Source of the DNA: Syncephalis fuscata S228
Taxonomy: Eukaryota > Fungi > Zoopagomycota
Assembly: GCA_025786725.1 (NCBI GenBank)
Contig: JAHLTZ010000020.1
Coordinates: 1 to 64,000, forward strand
Length of the DNA stretch: 64,000 nt
Reading direction: 5' to 3'
Shown here: positions 1 through 11,979 of the stretch, piece after piece
Layout of the letters: each line of letters opens with the position of its first letter
Numbering within the stretch: position 1 is the stretch's first letter
The notes under the pieces: model-generated
What the model was told of the DNA's origin: nothing
What the model saw: the letters and a program-made list of their open reading frames with translations, nothing else
Database searches by the model: none
Translations under genes and position numbers: made by a program

Positions 1-290
1 GTGGGACAGAATGGGAATGATATAGGTAAATGGTGGATATATGCATAGTGGATAACGAATCTATGATGACGAGTATTTGATGACTGATGTCACTCACCAC
101 CCATCATCATGTTCAATAGATTGGACGTTATTAAATATTAGTCATTTGTCCCCCAAAAAAGCAATAAGTGTGATGATGTGACGATTAAATAAAACTCACC
201 ACTTGTCCCCATGTTCAATAGAGTGAATGTGCAGTGCAATTGCGCGAATGTTATTAAATTTAGTCCTTTGACCCCCAAATCACACTACAT
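1..290. repeat. Arm of dispersed long inverted-repeat family (copy A1, runs off window start)
   Basis: 1-261 matches 2260-2520 with ~2 substitutions and is a diverged reverse complement of ~892-1170; contains CATGTTCAATAG at 108-119 and 210-221. Confidence 0.9.
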
Positions 291-338
291 GTAATAATGT
301 AATGATTAAATAAACAATTATAAAAATATATATATTGT

Positions 339-856
339 TATACCATTATATGACGGTGTAAGACGGCGTAAGACGGTATAAGACGGCGTACCGCTCCGTA
401 CCGCGGCGTACCGCTCCATAAGACGGTGTAAGAAGGTATAAAACGGCGTAAGACGGCGTAAGGCGGTGTAAGACGGTATAAGACGGCGTAAGACGGTGTA
501 AGGCGGTATAAGACGGCGTACCGCTCCGTACCGCGGCGTACCGCTCCATAAGACGGTATAAGACGGCGTAAGACGGCGTAAGACGGTATAAGACGGTATA
601 AGACGGCGTAAGGCGGTGTAAGACGGTATAAGACGGTATAAGACGGCGTACCGCTGCGTACCGCTCCATACCGCTCCATACCGCTCCGTACCGCTCCATA
701 AGATGGTATAAGCCGGTGTAAGGCGGTGTAAGGCGGTATAAGAAAGTATATATCACTATACACCACTATATATCACTATATACCACTATATACCACTATA
801 TACCATTATATACCATTATATACCATTATATACCATTATATACCATTATATACCAC
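339..856. repeat. 10-bp-unit minisatellite (AGACGGYRTA / CCGCKSCRTA variants, then TACCAYTATA)
   Basis: ~50 in-register decamers read directly; ORFs 338-766 and 346-756 are translations of the repeat. Confidence 0.97.
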
Positions 857-891
857 ATTATAACTTTTTTTAACTAAAACCGTTTATTGCT

Positions 892-2520
892 TAGTGTGAT
901 TTGGGGGTCAAATGACTTTTTTTTGTAACATTCGCGTAGTTGAACTACATTTTCGTTCTATTGAACATGGGGACAAGTGGTGAGTTTGATTTAATCGTCG
1001 CATTATTACATTTATTGTGATTTGGTGGTTAAATGACTATTTTTAATAACGCCCGATCTATTGAACATGATGATGGGCGGTGAGTGACATCAATTATCAA
1101 ATGCTCATTATTGTAGCTTTATTATCCAGTATGCATATATCCACCATTTACTTGCATTATTTCCATTCTGTTTATGCTGTACACTTTTATTTTATTAAAT
1201 GTTGTTGTACATTGTTATACAATATATTGACCACACTCTATCGGTTGGCGTTGTCCATTCGACTCTAGCTTTATAGTTGAATTGGCCCTTCATTACGCTT
1301 TTTCTGCTAATGACCATATTACACAGTCACAGTTGGGCATATTGATAAAGTTAACAGTAAATTAACGAATATATATACTGCAAATCCGATTGGTTCTGCG
1401 TACTCGCATGACAATTCTGGCTATAATAAACCAATAAAATAAAATGTCTAAATATTTATTGTTTTTATTTAGAATTGTATACGCATATCATAGCAATATT
1501 GGGCAAATATTGGTGAAAATAGTTAAATATAAATATAAATTTGTTTATTTATCGCTATAATTTGTTTATTATGCTAGTTTTCGATTGGTGTATAGTATAC
1601 TGGCTGCTGGCTGCCAATCTGGCTTATTCTAGTGCAGTCATTGCAGTCATTGCAGTGATTTCAGCTAATGACCATCAGTATGGTCCTTGCAGGTCCTTAC
1701 TCGTATATCAGCTGGCGTATTTTGTTTGTTTTACGTGCGTATGCATCGATTGCATTGCCCGGGTTGTTTCTGGCTATTGAGCTATGTAGTGGTACGCTTT
1801 ATTCGTTCTATTTCACTCATATTGGCCTCAATCTACACAGCACGCCACTACATCACTTCCGTTTTTTGTACCACCTTCCTAATATGGAGTATTGCCGTGA
1901 CTCGGTTTAACATTCAACTCCAAGCCCGTAGTAATACAGCCACCCATTGGGCCATTTCCGGCTGACCTTGCCATTACTGTGGATACGCATTGTTTTGCTT
2001 GATCAACACCAAAGCCATTGCTAATTGACAATTGCCGGCTTGTCTAGCAGACGGTTACAATAATTCGATTTGTTAATAATTAGCCTGGTGCAAAAATAAA
2101 CACGATTTTGGATAGAGGAAAGATGGGCGATTATAGAAAACATAAAAAGCGGTGTCAAAGCTACAGTGTGTATAGTGGAATGAGTGGAAGGAGCAAAGTA
2201 TATTGCCGCGTATAAACAATAAAATGTGTCTAGTGTATCGTAGAATGATACATAGTAGTGTGGGACAGAATGGGAATGATATAGGTAAATGGTGGATATA
2301 TGCATACTGGATAACGAATCTATGATGACGAGTATTTGATGACTGATGTCACTCACCACCCATCATCATGTTCAATAGATTGGACGTTATTAAATATTAG
2401 TCATTTGTCCCCCAAAAAAGCAATAAGTGTGATGATGTGACGATTAAATAAAACTCACCACTTGTCCCCGTGTTCAATAGAGTGAATGTGCAGTGCAATT
2501 GCGCGAATGTTATTAAATTT
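892..2520. mobile_element. Putative non-autonomous element bounded by ~270-bp diverged inverted arms (892-1170 / 2260-2520)
   Basis: Arms are reverse complements, each with two CTATTGAACATG-type motifs ~100 bp apart (958, 1058; 2367, 2469); no transposase ORF inside; TSD not identified. Confidence 0.6.
1840..2030 (-). pseudogene. Degenerate SEL1-repeat-like fragment
   Basis: Manual minus-strand reading gives NGFGVDQ...GWLYYYGLGVEC..VTAILH.RK across frameshifts and stops, resembling the SEL1 consensus LG.xY..G.GV..d...A...y.kA. Confidence 0.3.
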
Positions 2521-2849
2521 GGTTATTTAACACAAAAGTCATACTAGATTACTAATAGAAAATAAATAATTATAATAAAATAAAAAACAAATGACATTTT
2601 ATCGTCAATACGTTGCTCAATTACAGGGTGAACGTTACGAATAAGTTGCATAATAAATAGTTACATGATTATAATATTGTAATTATATACTGTAACAATA
2701 TGATATAACTTTAAATAAGTCTTAATTTAATGTAATGTAGTGTTTAAATCAATACTATTTCGTTTATCTCTTATTTAAACCAATGTAGTTGTATACAACT
2801 TCTACCATTTACATGGAGCAACTACAACAATATCCATAAAGAAATATCA

Positions 2850-3682
2850 TCAAGTCTGAATCAAATTGCCACTAGTGCCACGTTCGCCGTGATCTTGCAC
2901 GACGGCCGTGCAGAATTTACACCGCCGTGCCTCGGGATGAATAGTTTCCATACATTCGTCGCATCTACGCTCGGGTGGCGAGTCGGCCACTTCTTCCTCC
3001 TTGTGACTGCGACGAAACGCCATGGCGACTATAGAAATGGCATGAGTAATGGCAAATGGATTTGTTAGTAACTGCTGCTTGTCATAGTAATTCAATTATA
3101 ATAATTATTGTTACACTTACGACGGACAAACCAGAATAGCATAAATGAAATAATAATAAAATTGATGCCTGCCATGGCAAATCGACCGCCATTAATGGTT
3201 CTATAGTATATATCGTTAGTATCAGGTATTATTTATTAAGCGAGCACAAGCATTGTAAATAAAACTATACTTACACAGCTCCGTCGGCATGTGCTTCTTC
3301 AATCGTCTTGTAGCCGGCATGAGATTTACCTTTCTTGATAACCCAGAACATGTTCTCAAGATCACGGCCTCCTACAACTAAGCCAATAGGTGGAGTAATA
3401 ATATCATCCTAGAGACTGCTAAGCCACCCCACTCGTTGTTATCGATAACTAAACACGCTTACCACAAACGAAGTAACAATGCCGGAAAAGGCTGCACCAA
3501 TTACAATACCTAGATAAGAGGGGCGCGTTAGAAGCCGTGTATATGTAAAGCGCAAGACAGCCAGTAATACACTTACCAACACCAAGGTCAATGACCGAGC
3601 CTTGAGCAATGAAGGCTTTGAAATCGGCCCAAATACTCGTAGTCGTGCTACGTGCTTGGCCAAGTAGATGATGAGTAGACAT
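2850..3682 (-). CDS. mscL: Large-conductance mechanosensitive channel MscL with C-terminal CxxC..CxxC zinc ribbon (5 exons)
   Basis: Spliced reading: WADFKAFIAQGSVIDLGVG/IVIGAAFSGIVTSFV/DDIITPPIGLVVGG.../...INFIIISFMLFWFVR/...RRCDECMETIHPEARRCKFCT; GT-AG introns. Confidence 0.9.
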
Positions 3683-4841
3683 TGTTGCGGCAAGTATATC
3701 AATAGTATAAACAAATGAGAACAAAGAGAGTAGGTGGTCGATAAATAAAGCAAAAAAGGCGGTGATAGTTTTAACGTTTGCTTTTAGCAATTTGCCTCAA
3801 TATAGCATCCACGAATTACAACAATTAAATGACGTCATCTACAAATGCCGTGCAGTGCGTCACATGAACACTGCATTGAATCAACCAGTGATTTGTATTA
3901 CACTTTATTGTTATTTGTTTGGTTAGGACCATCGAGTGTTTTATAGTACAAGCAAAGGTAGGAAGCAAATATTTGAAAATAACAATCATGTTTTTACAAA
4001 AATCTAGTAAATAATCTAAAATATAGGCATAGCAGCTACTACCTTGTTTAGGAATGTATAGAGATAGCGATCTTTATATTAGTTGCTGATCATACATACT
4101 AATAGTATTATTATTATTGCTTCATATTTTATTTACTTTGTAAATCTACAAAATAGATCGTACAGCTACTATATTGCAACAAAAACTTAATTTCCGTAAA
4201 TTAACCTGTATTTATAAACCAATAGACTGTACTACAGACAAGTTGAAATGTACCAATATGTGATAATATATAAAGTTCTAAGTGACTATAAAAATACTAG
4301 ATGCATAGTAGCTACAGTGGTTTATATATATTGAGAATAATTTCTTTGCATTAGCTGTTGCGTACAGCAAAATAAAAATGTAAATAATTGGAAATTTTCA
4401 ATCCAATCCTCTGATTTAATGTAAATATTACTGGTAAATTGTTTTATGGCATTATAAGCCACTATAACTTGCAAAAAAACAAAATAATAGATGAGATTTC
4501 AATAGCATATAATTTTTACCACTCTTAGAATGTAGAAGTTTATAAAAAGGATTTATTAAAAGTTGTTTTTGCTATCGCATATAAAAAGAAAAAACATATT
4601 TTAGTTTCAGGCAAGTTAATGAGAGCTGAAATGCTATACATATAACTAATTGATGTTTTCGCAGATGTCTAAGTTGCACGGTTTTATGGAATAGCAGTGA
4701 TGAACATACCTAAACATTTACAATAATTACTATCGACTATTGCAATTTAGTTTTAGTACACACAACTATTAAGCAAGATAAAGCCATTTAAGTTAACGGA
4801 TCAGTCACTTATTTACTTGCCTAAATAAATAAATCGTTTAT

Positions 4842-5761
4842 TTAATTAATTTCAAAAAATGCTGGTAGTGGTGCTGTAAATTTATTAACAGACAATCTGG
4901 TAGTTTTAGCAATCCATGGGATAAAATGATCTATACGAGCATAGAATCCCATATTACCTTCTAAACCACAAATTTCTGTATTTTGTCTAGTAAGTTATGG
5001 CCAAAACTGGTAACACCGGCCTGTAGCCATGCTGCGGCAGCTTTTTCACCGACAGTACTGTTAGAATTTGCTATTTCGACCAATAGAGGCCCCCCAGAGT
5101 CTCCAAGACAGGTGTCTTTTCCAGGTACATCTTCAGTGCACAGCAATTGGTCACTGTATAAGGGATAATCTGGATTAACTTCAGTACAAAACTCCGTACT
5201 TCCATTGGGAAGATCAACTCTATTTAGTTTTGGTGTCAATTTTTGTGTTTGATCTCTGCCCCATCCAATAGCTGTAAACATTTGATCTACTGATAGTTTG
5301 GATGTGTCGTTTATAAGTTTGACAGATTGAATGGCATTGGTGAATTTAAGTGGACGCCTCAATTCTAACAAACCAACATCATGGCTAATAGTGGTTCCGT
5401 TATATTTGGGGTGTGCATAAATTTTTTTTGGAATAACTAAATTATTATTTATATTCGAGTTCAATCCAATGTTAATGCCATATTTTGACGGATCGTTTAA
5501 AATTATTTTTCCTGCTTCTTCGGATTCTTTAACAGCTACTACACAATGAGCGGCTGTTAAAATCCAACGATCTCCAATAATGGAGCCCGTGCATGTATTG
5601 ATTTCATCGTATAAAAGATGCACAGCAAACGGAAACGCAGTGACTGTGGTGTTGTTGCCTCCAGCAATTTTCATTACTGGATTGAATGGGGTGGCTTTTG
5701 CCATGTATGATGTTGCAATCACAATGGCAGTCAACGTTGTAATAAAGTCCAGCTTAAACAT
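4842..5761 (-). CDS. Secreted S1 (trypsin-family) serine protease, paralog 1 (apparent -1 indel in a homopolymer at ~4981-4984)
   Basis: Signal peptide, K|IAGG activation site, LTAAHC, DVGLL, GKDTCLGDSGGP; restoring one base gives ICGLEGNMGFYARIDHFIPWI...* matching the paralogs. Confidence 0.93.
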
Positions 5762-5948
5762 TGTTGTAAACGTCGGCAGTGCTGATGTGTAAATGGAGTA
5801 ATGGCACTGTCCGCGAATACTAGAAATTTGGATAATATAGGTAATAAATGCGATGTTTGGGATTTGCAACTGTTCTTTACCTGAAAATAATTTGGTATTT
5901 AAATAGTAGTATTAAACAATCAAGTTTTTGGAATACAATATTGGCTTG

Positions 5949-6353
5949 TTTTCTTTGTTCTTGGACCCACACATGAAACCAACATAGCATGCTTTATACT
6001 ACCATAAGCACTTTTTTTATTGCAACAAGGTTATTTTATTTACTCAAAATAACGATTAAGCAATAAACGATACAGATAGTAAATAAATTAAATTTAGCTA
6101 TCAATCAATATTGGTGCTAAGCTATTTTTTGGTATAAACTGCAACGCTACAAAATTAAAACTAAAAGCAATAATAAATAAATCCATTGTTTTTTGGGGGC
6201 TGTTATTATTATTTGGACCCGCACAATATTAATACTGCTACATTGTAACATGCTGACCATTTTAGACTGGGTACTATCCCCAATATGCCTTTCTATATAT
6301 GTTGGAATAGTAGATGTAAGCTACTACCCCATAAAATCTTTCCTATTGCATTG
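5949..6353. repeat. ~400-bp near-identical inverted duplicate of 49013-49417 (protease upstream regions)
   Basis: Direct comparison shows only a few substitutions; the ORF track also gives near-identical spurious peptides (6193+ and 48880-). Confidence 0.92.
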
Positions 6354-7146
6354 TTCTATAAGTCTTTGTCATAATAATAAAATATTGTTGTTTATGTGTT
6401 GCATTCTTTGTAAAGCTATGAAATAAAATGTACACATAAACAGAATGTAATTATACGAAATGGGTTAATTAACATTATTATTATATTACTGTGAGTTTAG
6501 AGATAAGAATATGTATTAAATTACTCGGCATAGATATATTAAAATACTCGTGCAGCATACGCTCACTAAAATACATATATTAACTCTCCATCATACAATA
6601 AAACATTAACGTTTACTCTATTCTACTTTATTAATTAGTCAGTTGTCTTATCGTTACAATATAGGAGAAATACATTAATTCTATTTCGTTTAGCAATTCA
6701 GCATTTTGCTTTTTAGATTATGCTAGCGCTTTATCACTTTATTGGCAATGTATTAAATAATTAAAATTATTATTTAAACTATATGTAACTTTATTTAATT
6801 TCATTTCATTATATTAACAATTTTATTGGCAACACATTCTATGATAATGGCTTTTGGCGTCAAATAATATTGATTCATTTTTTATAAATACAAACAATAT
6901 TATGCAAATATCTTTATGCTATCTGTTGTAGAATACTTAATAGCAGCGCAAATAAGTAGCGTCAGTTTGTTATTATTGTACATATATGTAATTAAACCGC
7001 AATAAACTATTGTTTTTTGTTTTATAATATTTGCTATTTATTCTTGCAATCGCTTTAATTCAGGAATTTAACTGAATTGTACTTTGTTTCCCCATATTTT
7101 GAGTCCCTAAAGTAAAATTCGTTTCAATTAAATTCATGCTATTATA

Positions 7147-7567
7147 CGCAACATAGTTATATTACTTCATATTAAAATGCTATTAATAAATCGATTTAAA
7201 TAAAGAATGTAGTATGTTATTTAATTTCTTTGAAATATTTGAGGCCGATTATTGCTGTTGTTAGCCATATGTAGAAAAATGCTTGAATATTAACATATTA
7301 CAATGAGTTACATTCACTACGATTACAGCCATGTTAGCTATTTTAGCAATGATATCAACAATTATCTAGTTAATTGTTATATTTGATTGTGCTATTATTG
7401 TTGCACTAATATATACATGCTATGTTTTAATTCATTTTTTAACCTTTAATTTTAATAACACCCAATCTATTGAACATGATGATGGGCGGTAAATGATATC
7501 AAATATCAAATTATAATGCATTGAATACTTTACAGCAACCATAATATGGATTATCATTTATTAACAT
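7147..7567 (+). repeat. Dispersed repeat, homologous to 16954-17280 and (3' part) to 1040-1160
   Basis: 7147-7417 aligns with 16954-17222; CTATTGAACATGATGATGGGCGGT at 7467 is identical to 1058. Confidence 0.85.
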
Positions 7568-7571
7568 CTAC

Positions 7572-7970
7572 ACTAGCACACAGCCTCTACCTATTCACCC
7601 ACTTAATGATAAAATTCCACTTATTGCTTTTGGAGCTGTCCGATTTGCCATTTCTATAAAAGGCAAGGTTGCTGGACTGGCCAATCGTTGCAGAAGATGC
7701 TCAAAACTGCTGGGCAACAAGGATTTTTGGTGATCGTAGATATTGATGAATACAATACATCAAAGTCTGTTTCAAATGAAAGAAAAAGATGGCAGATTTA
7801 CATCTCGAAGAACACAACAGCACAATGCATAGCGTACTTGCTTGTCAAAACAATGATTGCCGTACGGCATGGTAGCGTGATGTTAATGCAGCAGAAACAT
7901 ACACAGTATATTCAGTACAATGGCCAGTGACGAACCAAAGCCTTCTGATTTCTTACCACTACTATTATAA
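7572..7970 (+). pseudogene. Fanzor (eukaryotic TnpB-like RNA-guided endonuclease) C-terminal remnant: RuvC-II, zinc finger, RuvC-III
   Basis: Joining frames across three -1 indels (~7687, ~7764, ~7895): KIPLIAFGAVRFAISIKGKVAGLANR-LQKMLKTAGQQGFLVIVDIDEYNTSK-VCFK*KKKMADLHLEEHNSTMHSVLACQNNDCRTAW*RDVNAA-(E/R)NIHSIFSTMASDEPKPSDFLPLLL*; matches Fanzor1 hallmarks iDEyxTSkvCxxC...h.vL.C...C...wnRDvNAa.Ni...RP..F. Confidence 0.88.
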
Positions 7971-8013
7971 GAAATCAAACTGCACTGTTGCATCAACATC
8001 ATAATCAAACCAT
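7869..8013 (+). ncRNA. Candidate Fanzor omegaRNA scaffold (nested stem-loops overlapping ORF end)
   Basis: Stem 7878-7894/7985-8001 (17 bp, 1 mismatch, 1 G-U), ATGGT 7869-73/ACCAT 8009-13, inner perfect 10-bp hairpin 7946-7955/7968-7977; position is as expected for TnpB/Fanzor guide RNAs; expression unknown. Confidence 0.5.
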
Positions 8014-8670
8014 AATATGTTATTGTAAGTAGCATGAATACTATTTAACATTTATTAATACTGATATTGGATATTGGAAATAGTGCTGATTAATTAAGAC
8101 ACTGATAAATTCAATTGGAGTTGATATGATACTACAACAAATACCACTTCTTAGTAGTAAAAACTGGTTTAGTAGTAAAAACTGGTTAAAGGTTTAATAT
8201 TCGAGTTATTGAATTTTTGTCCTTCAGTTTAAGGATAGAGGCTCAAAGCACAGCTCTCAAAATTAAATAAAACAAAGCGGATCATTATATTGTTTTATTT
8301 ATGGTTGTACTCCTTATTTGATTATTTGTATTTTACAAAGCTATATTGCTAAGAACTGTTAATTTAACATGCAAATAAAATCATAGCTAATTCATTGACA
8401 AACTTTTATTCATAAACACCAAGCCTTGCAATAATGAAAGACAAAACACACTCAAATCAAAAAAGTATGCATCAAAGTAACGATCTATTTGTTGGTGCTC
8501 GTTAGTTGGACAACTAATAACAATAACTTTACTTACAAGTAAATGCCATCCTTTAGATACATACGTGCACGCTAAGAGATAAAAATTCATACATAAATCA
8601 CGCTGTCGATGATCTAGTAATTCAGTTCAAGTTAGGCTCTAGCCAATCAACCATCTAATATGATCAGTAC

Positions 8671-11600
8671 TTACCGCAAAGGTGTCATGGGCACTGCTTC
8701 CCCTTCACTGTTGCTGTTAGTTGAATTACGTGAATTCGCCACCGAATTGACAACATGATCTTTTATCATAGTCGCACCCTGTGAGGCAATGCCACGTGCC
8801 ATACGCTCAAATGGTCCCGCCAAATTCAATACCCAACAACGTAGCCAACAAATCCAAGCGTTGAAAACAAAACCAGATACATAGGCGACGTAAGAATGGT
8901 AATAAACTCGTTCCATCCAAGAACGCAAACCAATACAATCATCCAATAGGGAACCTTGGCTTCGGTAGCCACAATAGATCGCTTTGCTTCAAGGAACATA
9001 GCTTCCGCTTCACGACGGAAACGCGTATTAATATCCTGTTGCTTACTGGCACTGTAAATAGTCAGAGTCTCGGTATAGTCAAATTCCTAATTAACAACAA
9101 CAACAATAGCAACAATATTATTATTAGTACTACTGCTTGTTAACAATAAATGCTGCATAGCTTACAGGATCATCGGCAAAATGGTCTGGCACTTCTAATT
9201 CACTCTTTGACCAGTCCATACGAGCAAATAATGGAATCAGTTTGAACGCCTAAATATGCCAATATAAGTATATGTCAATGGTTAATAACGCCATCTTGTA
9301 GCTTACCTCGTTCTTGGCTTGTTGAAAGTATGAATCCATATCATCTTCTGGTTTCCATACACGTGGTAGACCTTGCTCATCATAGCGGAATTTCTCTTCC
9401 AAACTAATAGCCGGGTGTTAGTATAAACATTGTTGACAGCGCCAGTATTGAATGCCCTAAGCAATCGCCACTTACCGATTCCTTAGTTTGATCAACACCA
9501 TATTGTCGGCCAATTCATCTCGAACCTTCTTATTGAGGCATTCCCATCCACGACGGCGTAAACGGGTAGCACAGTCCTTTTGCTCCGTTTCTCCTGCACC
9601 AAATCCTATATAATAAATAAATTGCTAATTAGCTACTTTAATTTTACACTAAAAGAACGTACGTTCAGCTCGGTCGATCAGCTTTTGCTCGGCATCTTCT
9701 TCAACTTGCTTATAGTTATCAAATATAAGCTTCCATAACTCTGGCTTAGCTTCATTCAAATGTAATCCAACCAATTCTTCAACTTCTTTACGTATCGATT
9801 TCTATTGTTACTAGTTAGCCATTGGATCTATTATTATTGCTTCAATCAAATTCACCTCAAATGTAGTAATCATTTTGTTAATTTCTTCAACACGTCGCTG
9901 AGCAGCAATCTCTGACAAGTCCTCTTCCAACTGTTCGCGTGTATCCTCCACGGTCCAGTCGGTATCCTCCAAAAGAATGGCTGTTATTGTAAATCCAACC
10001 AAATTAATAATAAGCTTTAATCACTTCAACACACAGCCTACCTTGAGCACCTGACTTGAACTGATCCAATACAGCTTCACGGGCCTCAGTTACCACATGA
10101 AGGAAATCGTAAGTGGCACCCGCCATACGCTCTTGCAACAAACTACCAAATTGCTGTGTTGCTCGCTTGTGCAAATTTTTCAACTGACCCAAAAACAACA
10201 CGTGCAATGTTGCGTGGCATTTAGCCGTCATTTCTTCTCGCTTTCGTTGGTACACTTGCTGGTGATAACGACTGGCATTTTTGTCGAATGCCGCTATATA
10301 TCAATATCACAGTTAGTCATCAATATACAAAATACTCCATCAACTAACCTAGTGCTTCTGTCAAATAAGTCTTCATATTTTCGCCTAGTACGTCGACCAC
10401 CTTGCCGGACTCTATTGGCCGCTGGAATGGCTTAACGCCTGTCATAAACTCTGCATAGGCAGCCTACATAGGATATTTAGTCAATGTCACATCCAACACC
10501 CTTGTTAAACTGGTTACATTTAGAATTTCGTCACAACGATATTGGGCCAATAATTCTTGCTGTGTAGGCAAATCCAAGTCGCGGTTGGTAATAATCTTCT
10601 CCCAAATAGCCGATGCATAATGCGGGAATCCATCGGCGGGGATTCTTTTATGATACCGTGGTCTGAATACATAGTTTTCATCTTGTTTATCCATAAATCT
10701 TATTTATATAAAACAACAATAGTAATAGTCGTTAGTCGTCCATCTTATAATATAGTTTGACTATTACCGGTTACGGAGTACATCAACCGAGTCGTCAAAC
10801 TTTTCCGGCATTAAAATCTTATGAGGCAGAGCCGTAAACATCGTATCAAAGAAATCGGTAATATTACAATCCTCCAATCCTTCAGGCTATTTATATAACA
10901 TTGCACATTAATATTTAACTCTAATTTATAAATAATCATTTTACACCCACCTTTGATAATTCACGCCATATCTTCTCCAAATCCGTAGTAACCGTACGGG
11001 CCAGATTCTCCAATGGTGTATTGCCAATAAAATCACGAATCACAAAAAACAGCAGTGTCTTCTCTTTTCTGTGATTATTATGTTAGCCTACTATGTCTAT
11101 ATTCGTTTATTCATGTGACTTGCCCTTTCTTTTGGAATAGCTGCAGATTAACTTCAAAGACAGTTTTAAGTAATCCCATATTGGCACCATTGTAGAGTCC
11201 AACCATGTGTTCCCACAAATTAACAATCATTACTTCGGCCGTGGCCAAGGAAAACAATGCGCTTTTTCGTTCAAAGTCCTAATATTTAAATAAACACGTA
11301 TACATTATAGGTTACTGTTGTTGATACTCGTAATTACAATGTTATTACCTGATTCTCGCCTCGTTCGCGACCGTCCGTGCCTTCCACATCCATTACTAGC
11401 ACATCCATGCCAATGCCCTTACTCATCCAAATGCCTACGACAAATTGTTAGCAATGGTATGTAAACTAGCCACATCACCTACCTTTGGTCGTTTGTTGAC
11501 GAGTATTCTCTTCCATGGTAGCAAACTTGGTGCCAAATAATTTATTCAATAACGTGCCTAGATTAACCAAGCAAACCAATAAGCACCTACCCAACCGTGC

Positions 11601-11979
11601 TATATTTATTTCCTCTTACTTTTACCAGTACTTTGTGAACCAAACACTGCTACTACATTATAATCAAATCCTTGATCGGCCAGCTTCCATTCTGCGTCCA
11701 TATATTTGCCCACATCCTCCCTTTATGCAATAAAGCCAAATGGCCCTTTAGCTTAACTAAAACCAACACCATGACGAAGCTCACTTACGAGAAATTTTGC
11801 TCGCCGTCAATCAGCTGCAAGCTTTTACACTTTTCTTGATTTATACCATTAGCTGCCGAGCCAGCTTTTGGACCGGCAGCGTCGGCAGGCGGACAGTTGG
11901 TTTCGGTCGGGTTGGTAGACGACATTAGCTTAGATAGATCCTGATCAACAGTAGAAGCAGTAGAAAGCAATTCGGTCAT
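8671..11979 (-). CDS. SEY1: Sey1/RHD3 atlastin-like ER-fusion GTPase (multi-exon)
   Basis: [37 protein letters not shown]...[22 protein letters not shown]-terminal [18 protein letters not shown] hairpin TM; a few apparent indels. Confidence 0.95.

Noticed and set aside
338-766. Repetitive ORFs (YAVLYRLTPS...) and a possible CRISPR-like or telomeric array
   Set aside because: Translations of a 10-bp minisatellite; no unique spacers; no uniform G-rich telomeric unit
6193-6426. Conserved small ORFs at 6193+, 46781- and 48880- as a peptide family
   Set aside because: Similarity comes from duplicated protease upstream DNA; non-ATG starts and divergent ends
7688-7930. 80-aa ORF as a stand-alone gene
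   Set aside because: Only its first ~26 codons are in the Fanzor frame; the rest is out of frame
7537-8019. 12-bp direct repeat AACCATAATATG (7537-7548 and 8008-8019) flanking the Fanzor fragment as a TSD; it contains CATA, the SpuFz1 TAM
   Set aside because: Similarity to the repeat-family arm appears to continue past the left copy to ~7567, so it is not clearly an insertion boundary, and the DNA is AT-rich. Worth rechecking once other copies are aligned.
8151-8187. 18-bp tandem duplication TTAGTAGTAAAAACTGGT (similar small duplications at 1633-1656 and 51196-51241)
   Set aside because: Simple slippage duplications with no further structure
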